Of a DNA stretch of 64,000 bases, positions 27,167-39,400 are shown one piece after another. The stretch lies in assembly GCA_963514005.1 (NCBI GenBank), contig OY740812.1:19530001-19594000 (forward strand), in the 5' to 3' direction. Each line of letters begins with the position of its first letter. Positions within the stretch are counted from its first letter, which is position 1. This DNA is from Raja brachyura. Lineage: Eukaryota. A model generated the notes under the pieces. The model searched no databases. It worked only from the letters and a program-made list of their open reading frames with translations, and was not told the DNA's origin. Both the position numbers and the translations under genes were made by a program.

Positions 27167-28189
27167 AGAGAGTCATAGTCATGTTGCACAGAAACATGCC
27201 CTTCACCCCACCGTGTCTATGCTGACCAGCAAGTCATATATATACTAATCTCATTTACAGCACTTGCCCATAGCCTACTGTGTCTTAGCGATTCAAGTGC
27301 TCGTTCAAATGCTTCTTAAATATTGCAAGAGTATCTGCCTTCAGCATCTTGAGAGCTATTTTTCACTATCTTAATATTTTCCAATAATCTCCTGGCCACT
27401 GACAATAGACTAAATGGCCTACAATTACTTGGCTTATCCCTGCTGTCCTTTATAAATAAAGCTCGTACATTTGCTGAATTTCATTTATCTGGCACTTCAT
27501 CTGCAGTTAGCAAAGATTTAAATATTTCCATCAGGGCCCCAGCAATCTCTTCCCATTGCAGCCTGGCATTCATCTCATCAAAGCATGGGGATTTATCCAC
27601 CTTCCTACCTACTAAGGTATTGAATAACAACTCTTTTAAATCTTAATGAATCTTAGAAATTCACCATTCCAACTAAAATCACCAACGAAATGTCCCTCTC
27701 TTTGGCGAATACTATGAATGAAAACTATACATTTAAGATCTTGCCTACATTGTCAGGCTCAACACACACATTGCATCTATGGTCCCTAATATGAGGTTAC
27801 ACTCTTGATCTCAGTCCTAAAAGTATCTACTAAACTAAAATGCCCATGTATCCCATGCATAGATCAGTAACTAAATAAACAAGAAATCAGAAATGTTGTA
27901 TACAAATTAGATTTAGCATAGATTTGGTTTTCTAAATCTTCCACAGAAGGCCCTCCATTGTTCGAAGGAGGCCTGACTTTCATTTTCTCGATTGAAAAAT
28001 GGTGAGATGTTTTTCATATCTATGTCTGATGTACTAAATATTTGGGTGAACCTCACCCAAGTACTTTTGTCCCATGTGAACCAAAGAGAAACTGAAAATT
28101 TGGATGGCAAGTTTCTGAGGGCGGGCCAGCTACGATTTACAAAGGTGAAACTAACCAAGAAAAAGAACTAAGCTTAGAAAGGATACTAG

Positions 28190-29078
28190 AGAAATGCCTC
28201 AGATACTATTAGAATCAGTTTACAAAGACCAAGGAACGCTATTTCTTTTGAATGCTTCTGGTGGAACGAGAAAAACTTGCCTTGTTAATCTACATTTGGC
28301 TAAAGTTCGAAGACAAAACATGATGTCCTGGCCATGCCATCGGTGGACACTGCTTCAATACTTTGGCAACTTGGAAAATGCCTTTTATATTTGTCAAATG
28401 TGGAGGTTACAAAGTGTGACACTGGTCAGGGAACTGCAAAGGAAGAAAATTCTAAAAGATCGTAAAGTTATTATCTAGGATGTATGATAGTTCACAAAGC
28501 AGCTATTGAAGCACTGGATTGAATGTTGCAAGATCTTCAATGCAACAATAAATTGATGGGAGGTGCTGCTTCAGCGTTAGCTGGACATTTTCAATCAAAT
28601 ACTACCAGTTATGCTATCAGTAATTTCACAAGGTGCTAAAGCAGATGAATTGTAATTGTAAACCTATATTAAAGCTTTATATATTTTTGGAAAATATTAC
28701 ATGATTACACTAGAAAACCAATGTGTAAGGTCATTTGACAAACAATCCATCTGAGTGAGAGTTTGGTTTGAATTTACTCAAATTAGGAAATGAGGAAGTT
28801 AAACATGACTTAACAGGAATGATTTCGATGAAAAAGTGGGCCAAATTGCTATATAATTTCATGATCCTAGGCAAAGGTTTTTCCTAATGCTACGCAACAC
28901 GATGAAAGAGCAATTTCCGCACCAAAAAGATTATGCAGTGCATGCCATGAATAAAGATCATTTTTTAAAAGCTTCCTTGACAACCTGTACAATATAAATC
29001 TATTGACAGTGTGACAGACAGTGAAGAGGTTGTCATTTTTCTGTTGAATTTCTAAAGTTCTATCACCAACTGGGGTTG
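28190..29078 (+). pseudogene. Fossil Helitron PIF1-like (SF1B) helicase, N-terminal part
   Basis: FLLNASGGTRKTCLVNLHLAKVR (motif I/Walker A), VII*D..HKAAIEALD*MLQDL (motif II), MGG...LAGHF..QILPV (motif III), YKSIDSV..VEFL; contains stops and frameshifts. Confidence 0.8.
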
Positions 29079-29325
29079 GTTAATTATTAATTAATGATTC
29101 ATTAATTATTGTCACGTGTAACGAGACACATTGGAAAATTTTGTTTTGTGTCCTTTCCAAGCATATCATACCATACACAAGTACTATCATATGATTACAG
29201 AATGAAGTGCAAAAAGGTAAGGATGCAAAAAATAGCATTACAGCTATATTAGTACAGAGTACAAAAGATAGCTACAGAGAAAGTGTCGAGAAACAGAAAG
29301 TGATTGGGCTGCAAAATCATCCTGA

Positions 29326-31567
29326 AGGCCCTGTCTCACGGTGCAAGTCATCCCACGAATGACCCCAAGTGAAAGAAAAAAAACAGACTCGTGGTTGTGT
29401 ACGAGATTTCAAGTTTATGATCAAGTGTTTAACCGAGTTCCCACGGGTATGTCATTGCTGCGATGTTCCAACTTACTCTCCCGAGTTAACAAGTTCCACT
29501 CCCGTTACTCTTGAGCCAACCGTGAATGAAGGTAAGTGTGTGAGGGTGTGAGAAGCCCATGCCGCTGTTCAGATTGTTGGGAGACGGAGCTCAGGGTTCG
29601 CCTCTTGAGCTGCTTTGGTGCCCAGGCGTAAGTTGAGGTGGAAGGTGGTTGGGGGTGGGGGGCTGACAGACAAGGCTCTTGGGTGCTGGTATCATTCTCT
29701 GCGGGATGGTCTTTGTGCGGGAGACATGTGTAGGAGAGGTGTGCTGACTGCAGGAAGACACTTTGGTAGTGATTGCCCACCAGTCTCAAAAGCTGCTGTG
29801 TCTCCCTCCACGACCCCCTCCACGCCAACACAAAGGGCAATGATTCCAAGGCTTTAGGGGCAGAAACAGCGGGCAGGCGACAATCACCCGCCATAACGCG
29901 AGAGAGATCATGTGCTTTTGTAGGTCTCCTTTGCACGTCTGCGTTTCTGTCTTTCTACATCTCATTGTTGGCCCTGGCTGTCACCAACCCCACCCCCACC
30001 CCTCTGCTTCCCGGCCATGTGTGTGCCCCCTTCCCTCCCCCTCTCCAGCTCCCCGCCCAATGCACCAGGCGCGGGGGCTTCGCACCGTCTTCATGTCGGC
30101 GACTATCCCAAGGCTTCAGACGGAAAGCAGACGCAGCACGCTGGGTTAACAACGCGGGCCAGGTAACATCTCTGGAGAACGTGGATAGGTGACGTTTCGG
30201 ATAAGGGCTCGTCTTCTGAAGAAGGATCTCGACCCGCTGAATTACTCCAGCAGTGTTAAAGAAGGAACTGCAGATGCAGGAAAATCGAGGGTACACAAAA
30301 TTCTGGAGAAACTCAGCGGGTGCAGCAGCATCTATAGAGCGAAGGGATGGATGACAGAAGGGTCTCGACCTGCTGAAATTCTACAGCATTTGGATCTAAA
30401 CATCACCCATTCCATCCTTCCAGAGATGCGGCCTGTCCCGCTGAGTTACTCCAGCTTGTTTGTGTCTATCGTTGAATGGGTGACGTTTTGGGTCGAGACC
30501 CTTCTTCGGACTGAAAATAAAACTTGCCTCGCGTGAAGCGGCTTGTAAATTAAAACATAAAAACAAGAAATGCTAAAGGCTGGCTCATTTATGTGCTGCT
30601 ATTCATTTACCTGGCCTGTTGCTGTCCTCCCTCGTCCACCGTGAGCGCTGGACAACTCACCGGGTGCAAAACTCCGCTGCATCCCAGGCGGAGGGCGATG
30701 ATCACTGGACTGACCGGCAAGTAGAGGCGGCGGGTCGGCCAAGCCTGGCTCCCCACCACCGGGATAGACACCAACTAGTGGAGTAAAGTCAGCGGGATCT
30801 CTGGAGAAGTCTGAAGTAGGGTCTCGACCCAAAATCTCACCCATCCCATCTCTCCAGAGATGCTGCCTGTCCCTCAGAGTTACTCCAGCATTGTGTGTGT
30901 CTATCTTCAGTGTAAACCAGCATCTGCAGTTCCTTCCCAATCCCACACTCTCGGCCCCGGGGGGGTGGATGGAGCATCACACGTGGACACAACCCACCCA
31001 CCGCCCCAGACTTGCCCCTCCAGCAGGTCTTTAACCGCGTCCTAAAGCCGTTCATTGAGACAGTGATGAATACGAAGCCACGGGGCAGGCGCCTCAGTAA
31101 TAAAGGACAAGTGGCAGATCAACGCAGAAAGGCCGAAGATAGGCACAAAATGCTGGAGTGGGACAGGCCGCATCTCTGGAGAGAAGGAATGGGTGGCGTT
31201 TCGGGTAAGTCTGAAGAAGGATCTCGACTCCATTCCTTCTCTCCAGAGATACTGCCTGGTCCGCTGAGTTTCTATCTTTGGTTCAGTCTTTACTCGAGCG
31301 AACGAACAGATTATAAGGAAGTTCCCATTACGAGTCACTAAGATAAACGCACGGGCCATTACGTTACTACAACGAGTTTAAATGTTTACATTTTTAACTT
31401 GAAGAGTTAATTTGACTCGTGGAAAAAATCAAACATGTTTCCCGAATACCTGCCATTAGCGCCACGAGTCGATAAGTTGCTCGTGCGAGTTCCGACGTTC
31501 CCACTACGTGATCACCACGAGTGAAAACGGGGTCATTCGTGGGCCAACTCGCACTGTGAGAGGGGTT
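29326..31567. mobile_element. Non-autonomous TIR element (PIF/Harbinger-like) containing several PLE repeat fragments
   Basis: Left AGGCCCTGTCTCACGGTGCAAGTCATCCCACGAATGACCCC versus right reverse complement AACCCCTCTCACAGTGCGAGTTGGCCCACGAATGACCCC; flanked by TGA and TAA (TWA-like TSD). Confidence 0.7.
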
Positions 31568-31911
31568 TAAGCATATGAGAGATCTGTTCAAGATCTGAAA
31601 ACAGTGGGGTGGAAACTGTTCTTGAATCTAGTGGCACATGCTTTCATACCTTTGTTTCTCCTGCCCAACAGGTGCAGGGGAGAAGAAAGACTGACTGGAA
31701 TGTGAGTGGTCCTTCGCAACTTCTATGAAAGAAGAACACCACCTTGGTCATGCTCACATCTCGCTGCTACCATCGGGAAGAAAATACTGGAGCCTGAGAA
31801 CTGTGATCTCCAGATTTAATAACAGTTTCTTCCAGCAACCATGAGGCTCCTGAACCATACTGAACAACCTGAGCCACAACCATACCTCAGCAACAACCTA
31901 CTATAGACGTT

Positions 31912-32131
31912 GTTACACAAAAAGCTGGAGAAACTCAGCGGGTGCAGCAGCATCTAAGGAGCGAAGGAGATAGGCGACGTTTCGGGTCGAGACCCTTCTT
32001 CAGACTGAAGAAGGGTCTCGACCCGAAACGTCGCCTATCTCCTTCGCTCCTTAGATGCTGCTGCACCCGCTGAGTTTCTCCAGCTTTTTGTGTAACCCTC
32101 GATTCTCCAGCATCTGCAGTTCCTTCTTTAA
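31912..32131. mobile_element. Young PLE-derived insertion: perfect palindrome (92-bp arms, 1-nt spacer at 32004) plus pLTR 3' tail, 15-bp TSD
   Basis: 31912-32003 is the exact reverse complement of 32005-32096; TACTATAGACGTTGT occurs at 31899-31913 and 32132-32146. Confidence 0.92.
31976..32032. ncRNA. Two back-to-back minimal hammerhead cores (31976-32003 minus, 32005-32032 plus)
   Basis: CTGAAGAAGGGTCTCGACCCGAAACGTC is intact on both strands. Confidence 0.55.
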
Positions 32132-33949
32132 TACTATAGACGTTGTGTTTGAAGCACTATATAGTTTTGCTTGGCACTATTATGGTCTGGTTACTTAGTG
32201 TCACTGATTACTAATTTATTATATTGATCATTATTGTATATTTACTGTTGTGTTTTTGTACGAATGGGCCTGTAAAGCGACAAGAAAGAATTTTGTCGTT
32301 TCATTTCCAGTGCACATGACAATAAAATTATTTTCACTCTCTTGTTATGATCTCTGCTTTCCCGAGGCAGTGTGAAGTGTAGATAAAGTTGATGCGAGGG
32401 GGGAAGAGAGGGGGCAGCAGATATCCGCGATAGACTGGGCAGCATCCACAAGTTTCTATAATTTCTTGCTGTGGCGGGCTGATCAGTTGTCATACCAAGC
32501 TGTGAGGCATCAGGATAGGATGCTTTCTGTGATGCATCTGCAGAAACTGAAAAAGCCATTGGAGACGGGCCAAGTTTCTTTCGTCTTCTGAGGAAGTAGA
32601 GGCATTAATGTGCTTTCTTGGCTGCATTGCTGATGTGGTTGGATCAGGTCAAATTGCTGGTGATATTTACACTGAGGAACTGACTTTTGCTGAAATTGAG
32701 GGAGAGATGGATGCCTTGACACCATATTACAAAGCTCTATCTCTTTTCTGTATTCTGGACCATAATTGTTTGAGATTCGGTCCACTACGGTAGCATCAAC
32801 TGCAAAGTTGTAAATGGAGTGACAGTAGAATTTGGTGCACCAAAGTTAGCATAGAGGGAGTTTAGTAAAGGGTTGTGGTGGCAGCCTTGCTGAGCAGCAG
32901 TGTTGAGAATTATTGTGAAGGATGTTTTGACAGTCATGTTTACTATGGTCTATGGATCCATTTGCAGAGTGGGTTGCTGAGTTCTAGATCCAGGTGCTTG
33001 GAGATGAGTTTGGTTGAAATTCTGCTGTTGAAGGTGGAACTATAATCAAGAAATAGAAGTCTGATGTAGGTGCCCTTGTCATCCTGATGTTTCATGGAAG
33101 AGTATAGGGCAGGGACCTCTGTAAATTTGTTGTGACGGTCGATGAATTACATTAAAAGTAGGCTGTCTGAGAAGCTGGGGATTACTTTTGCAATGATCAG
33201 CAATTCGAAGCACTTCATGATGGTGGATGCCAGTGCCACGGGATGGTACATGTTGTTACATTACCTTGTTTTTCTTTGGCACTGAATGAAAGCTATCTTT
33301 TTAAAGTACGTAGAAACCAGTTTGGCATCGGGAGAGGTTAAAGATTTTCTGCAAATACTCCTGCTAGTTGGTCCGTGCAGGTTCTGAAGACACAACCATG
33401 TCTCCATCGGGTCTGTGACTTTCTGCATGCTCACTCTCAGGATAGCTACGATGATGACCATGTGTACAGGTGCATCCAAGGCTATAAGATGGATGATGTA
33501 ATTTCACTGACCTTCAGTTCAAAACAAGTATAGATGCGTTGTGCCAGTGATATTGCTCGACTTTATTTTACCACCCATTACAGCATGCAAGCCTTGCCAC
33601 AATCGAATAATGGATGTTTGGTTATTCTGGGATCTTGCTTGTTCCCAGAATAATTATCTCTTGGCATCCATGATGGCTTGGTGAAGGTTGTACCCAGATT
33701 TCCTTTACAGGTCGGGATCACCTGACTTGAACGTCACAGATTTGAACTTCACCCAGGAGTGGACCTTACAGTTCACCTATGATTTCAGGTTGGGGGAAAC
33801 TTGGATTTACATTTTTTGGCACACAGTTCACTATTCACTGACTTATTAAGTTTGTGGCAGCAGCAGCATTCTCATTTATTTTGGCTGCAGGATCCTTCAA
33901 TATGGTCTAGTTCACCGACTCAAAGTATGTATGTCGGATCTCATCTAAT

Positions 33950-34270
33950 CTTGAATTCCAATAATGCTACTTAGGAATTTGGATACATCAAAAAATATGG
34001 AATGGCACAGGATTTTCAGTTCAAAAATTACTACCGCATATAATGGAGGTTACAAAATCTTTGGTAATGCTGTTGGGGAAAATATTTTCATCCTTTGGAT
34101 TCCAATTACTCCATTAAATCCAAAATGAGTTTTCAACTCAAGCAACGTCAGTTCCCCATTCAACTTAATTTGCTGTGAGCTTCAACAAGGCACAAAGGCA
34201 ATCACTAAAATAACCTGAACATTATAACAGAATTGAAAGAAATGCAGTGTATTCTAAAGCACTCTGCGAA
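33950..34270 (+). pseudogene. Fossil Helitron helicase, C-terminal part
   Basis: PIMLLRNLD...NGT, IFILWIPI, QFPIQL.FAVSFNKAQ.QSL (consensus QFPxxxAFAxTINKAQGQSL), and NAVYSKAL resembling the terminal NxVYxEVL. Confidence 0.75.
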
Positions 34271-34689
34271 ATCAAGTAAATTTACACTTGCACAGCAACA
34301 TACTTATAGAGAATTTTATTACTTGCAATTTTTATATCCATATTTATTTTAGTGCAAGTTTTGGCTGGTATCTTTAAGTGACAATTTTAATCCTCTCATT
34401 AATACAATTATTATTAAATATTTAAACTATGTTTTATCTACAAAGTGTGTCATTAAACGCAATTGTATGGAAATAAATACAAACATCATGATTGCAACAA
34501 AGCTTGATATGCTGGCTACTATCCTCAAAGAATATTTTGGAATTTTCCGAGATTAAATGTTGTTTTTTATCATCACGGATATGTGGATGAGAGCAGAGAC
34601 GAAGGCTGAATGAACATACTGCCCACAGCACATTGGAACCAGGGCACACTCAAGATGAAGTGTGCAAGGAACTGAAAGAAAGTAACAAT

Positions 34690-36450
34690 AGTAAAAATAA
34701 TTGTATTGGGGAAATTAATGGAACTGAAAAAGGCAATAAATCTAAGGATTCAATGACATGTATCACAGGTTTTGATGAAGGTGGCTGTGATGATAGTGGA
34801 TGCATTGGTTGTCAACTTTTAAATTCCACATAATCTAGAACAGGCCCCCCAAATGGAAAAGCAGCAAATGCACCACCAACACCTAGGAAAGGAGAGGCTG
34901 AGAAAACGGGGGGCTATAGACCAGTTATCCTGACACAAGATAAACTATAGGAATCCATTATTCAGGAGGTACTAACAGGGCAATAAGAAATTATCCACGT
35001 GATTTGGCAAAGATGACAGGGATTTACGAAAGGAAGATCATGTATTGCAAATTTGTTAGGACTTTTTTGATGAGTGTCACTAACAGAAAGAAGGGCAAAT
35101 CATTTGATGTGGTGCATTTGCACTTTCAGAAGGCCTTCAATAAGATGCCAATTAGGTTTTTGCACAAAATAAGAGAATTGGTGCTGGAGATGGCATATTA
35201 ATATGAACTGAGGATTGATTAACAGGCAGCAAGTAGAGAAGAATAAATAGTCACATTTGCGTTGAACAGCTATAATACATTGGGCGTTGTCAATAATAGT
35301 GTGGGCCATCATATCAATACTTTCAATGGGTGTGAGTTGCAAAGAACATATAGAAAGGCTTCTGGGGATCACATCAGGAGGAAAATGAAAGGGGAACGGC
35401 TTCCAAGTCAGTGATGAAAATAAGGAAAAAGAGTAGTTTTTATTAAAAGGTGAGATCGTGAAAGATATTAGCATGCAGAGGGACCTGTACATATATCAGA
35501 GAGTTAATATGCAGGGATTGTGACAAGTGGGGATTGTTGTTGATGTCACCTATCTATTCTGCTAATAAATCCTCAATCCATGTCAGTATATTACCCCCAA
35601 ATGCAATGTCCTCTAATTTGTTTACAAATGTTTTGTGTGGAACCTTACTGAAGGTCTTCTAAAAGTCTGAATCGACCACATTCACTCTTTCACTGTTATC
35701 TTTCTGTCAATTACAGACCACAAAAAAAATCCAACAGATCTGCCAAACATGGATTTCTCTTCATATATCTATGATGAAAATGGACGAGGACTGGCCAAAC
35801 TTTGTGCCTTCCACCACGGTGATTAATGCTGTGGTGGATGTTTGTGTTAAATTTTTATTGTGTTTTTGTGTGTTCTTTTTCATTGTACCGCTGCTGGCAA
35901 ATTCATTTCACTTGCACTTTATGTGCAAGTGACGAATAAAACTGACTGATTGATTGATTCAATCCTGTAACCCAATCCTGTAATTTTCTTATTGGTCTGG
36001 TACCACTTCTCTAATGAGCAATTCGGAAGGTAGATAGTTTGTTGGTCTTTATTGTGAGGGAATTTGAGGACAGGAATAAAAATGTCTTGCTTCAAATTAT
36101 ATACAACCACAATGGTTTGTTCTCCCTATCAAAGGACGTATATTCTTGCATTTCAGTGATTGCAATGGAGGAACGTCAGATAGATTGCAGGGATCGATGT
36201 ATGATAAAGAGAGGTGGGCAAATTCTTATGGAAGTTGAGAAGGTAAACTCAGGGATTTTTTCCTTCATGGTTTCAGTGTCTAGATCCAAAGATCATACTC
36301 AAAATAATGGATTCGCTATTTAAGAGTGAGATAAGAAAAACATTCTGCAGATGGAAGGTAGTGAATCTCTATACAGGGTTGTGGAGACTCAGTCACCGAG
36401 CATATTCAAGATAAGTATCAATAAATTTTTGGATATTCTACAGGTGTGCA
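34690..36450 (+). mobile_element. Decayed CR1 LINE with an inverted CR1 segment (about 35550-35775) and an unrelated LINE 3' end with (GATT)n tail (about 35785-35960)
   Basis: YRPVILT and DVVHLHFQKAFNKMP motifs; 35560-35770 reads as the reverse complement of the 35020-35225 RT segment. Confidence 0.65.
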
Positions 36451-39400
36451 ATTGCACCAGTAAAATAGCACTGAAAATAAGCCTGCTCATCAGCCTAACA
36501 ATGCTCAACAAAAAGTTTGGATTTAAAATATATTTGTTGCCTTACAAAGACGACAAAAACAAAATTCTGGACTTTGCATATGAGAAATAATTTTCCTTTA
36601 TACAATTTTGTTTTACAAATTTTAGAAGCCGTTTAAGAAGTTCTGATTGGATATTGTAAGATCTCTTACACTTTAGCAAAGGAATTATGCATCTTGCTGA
36701 ACTGGGATACGACTTAAGCTTGAAATCACGTGTGCAAATGGTTTATTTTTAAATATGTATTCCCTCTTGCAGCAAGGAATACAGCAGGGTATGCAGATAC
36801 TGTACTGCACTGCAGTAAAGTAATCATGGAATTTACACTGCCTCTATATTTTTGGGACAAATGTAACAGTTCAATCACAGAGGGCCATTATATTGTTTTT
36901 AATGAAATGGGTAGCGTGAGTTGGTATATGAAAACACCAACAGCAGAAAAAATGCAAAATGTCTTCCTACGAGCCATTTTTCTGCAGCAGTCTATGTCTC
37001 TGTTGCAATAACTAAAGTTGGTGGCATAATGCAAGCCTAATACAGTTACCGGTGGCTGCTACTTGACAATATAGCAGTATTTTTTAAGCTTTCAATAAAA
37101 TACGGACAAATAAATACCTTTAATAATGAAATGCCAAATCTGGATCTCGATTGGGTTTTTGATAAATATACCCTCTATAAATAATGTATCCCATCATCTG
37201 TTAATTGAAGAGGGATTGTCATGCATGATACATTTAATTTGGATTCCTTTAAATTCTAAACTTGCTTGCAGGTAAGTGATCCATTTCCTTTCATTATCCT
37301 AGATTATGCAGAAGAACTTTTATTATGCAGTACAAGGTTTTCACGTGCTGTACAACTGAATCTTCATAAAAAAAACCCGTAGCTCATGCTCCACAATGAT
37401 GCATGCACTTTACACGTATAATCTGCACATGTGGAAGCCACCAAATACAAACAATGATGTTGAATATCATATCATGTGCATTTTGGTATCATGTTAACAA
37501 GTGATTATTACTATGAGGTCTGCATACAGTGTGGGACTAAGAGGTTTCAGGCTTTAACAGAAATGTTGCGGTCAGTGTAGAAAGTAAAGTGAGCCCAACA
37601 AGTAATACCTGGCCTCCTATCAAGGAAACGCCTTTAAGTGGCTTACAGAGCTTTCCTTCAGTCATGTCCACCCCTTTTGAAGCTCATTTCCTCAGGATCT
37701 CGATCAGCAAATAAATGGTCTCAGTCCAACCACATCCATCCTGACGTTGGTCCAATACTCACTCCAACTATCTCCATGCTCTCCCTTCTCCATTTATCCT
37801 TCCATGCATCTGCTACCCAACACAGAACTGACTTTCCCAGACAGTTCTGCAATAACCTTTATTATTTTACAGCCACTTTTGTTCTTCCTTTTAGTTTAAC
37901 ATTGAATATATAACATAAAAAATCAAAGCACATATATGAAAACAATTAATCAAACTTAATTTGACAAATTATTCAAAGTAATAAATGCCAAGGCAGATTT
38001 TTATAAATAACTAATGGATATCCCATATAGTGACTCATAACAAGTTGAAGCAAGAACTCTCTAATAGGAAGAAGGATTAGGAGGATGCAGTAAGGGTGGA
38101 GGAGGGGCTGGTGCAAAGACAGAGGAATGTGTCTTGCAGAAGGCAAAAGACAGCTGAAAAATCTAATGGCAGAAGGCCCATATCATTGCTTCTTTTTGTG
38201 GGTTTTCTTATTTTCTTTCAAAGGAGTAGTGGTGAAGGCAAGAGGCACAGGGAGAGAGCTTTCATCATGCTGAGACTGACCGGGTAATCTTTTGTGAAAA
38301 GAACAAAAGATTTTGTGACAGAGCACATACAAAAAATAAAATGTTAATATATGGTCTCAATGATGAACATAATCACTTACATATTTCCCTCAGAAGCTTC
38401 CCTATTGCCCTCCATTCAGCAACTCTCACTGCCTCTAGTCCAATTAACTGCCAATCCCAATCACATCAGTTCGCCTATCTTACTCTTGCCTTTCCCCACA
38501 CCGTTTCAGTTTTCCTCTGAACACTGTACGAGTCTGACGATGGGCTCCGACCTGAAACGTCACCTATTCTTTTTCTCCAGAGATACCGCCTGACTACTTG
38601 CTAAGCGCACTACAAGAAATATCAGTTGTAATGAGATTTTCATCAGTTGTGGAAAGATTCACACATATTTTGGGGGGTGGGGGAGTGTGGAGGAGGGTTG
38701 TTGGTAAATTAATCTTTCATTAAAGAACATCCATTTTATCTATAATCAACGGCCAAATTGTATGGCTTGAATGTACACATATATAGTATTATCTGATATA
38801 ATTGGATAGCATGCAAACAAAAGGTTTTCACTCTCAGTCCACATGACACCAATAAACAAGTAATAACTATATTTCATCTAATGAAAAAAAATGTATTAAC
38901 CTGCAAAAGGAAAGAAAACTAAGAATTTGGAAAATTGATAAACAGTCTCATCATGAGAAATCTTTGAATGTATATCCATATTTTTCAACAGGCAGTGTTT
39001 AACATTCTGGTCTACATTCCATCAGCAAAATACTGAGCTATTATCGATGTTCACTTTATCAAACCTAATCCTCCTATGCCGCAAGTAATACATCAATTTT
39101 AATCTTTATATTCGATTACCATTTTTCACCTAGTCAATACTCACTAAAATTGTTCTAAAATTAGGATTTGAAGTCAGAGGAAACAATCACCTTGCTGTTT
39201 CAATAACCCTCTCTGGCTCAACCCCTTCCTTCACCATCTCCAGTTTAAATTCCAGTTGGAATATTTTGGAGGACCAAGTAACCAAGAACCAAGATATATT
39301 ATCATAGCTGTTAAATATTAATATCGCCAGTAATTTTAACTTTAGAAAATTACTTAACCATAGGGACATTGGTAATCCACATAGTTGCTTATCATTTTCA

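Larger units (their letters stand above)
31730..32335 (+). mobile_element. L2/Rex-like LINE 3' end hosting the perfect palindrome
   Basis: HHLGHAHISLLPSGRKY-like C-terminus and a gcacatgacaataaa tail. Confidence 0.6.
29079..33948 (-). mobile_element. L2/Rex-Babar-like LINE inserted into the Helitron helicase, itself interrupted at 29326-31567 and about 31730-32335
   Basis: 3' tail (reverse complement of acacgtgacaataat) near 29105; minus-strand RT motif PVALASTIMKCFE near 33200-33245; sequence reads through across the nested inserts. Confidence 0.7.

Noticed and set aside
29505-30296. Overlapping 113-143 aa ORFs in GC-rich sequence
   Set aside because: Internal part of the TIR element plus PLE fragments; no transposase or other domain is recognisable.
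31912-32096. miRNA precursor or classical MITE
   Set aside because: The arms are copies of a high-copy PLE end; the 15-bp TSD and asymmetric tail fit retrotransposition rather than a cut-and-paste MITE or a canonical pre-miRNA.
39005-39030. Minus-strand ADGM peptide resembling the missing HDAC5 upstream exon
   Set aside because: Immediately followed by a stop codon and lacks an AG acceptor.
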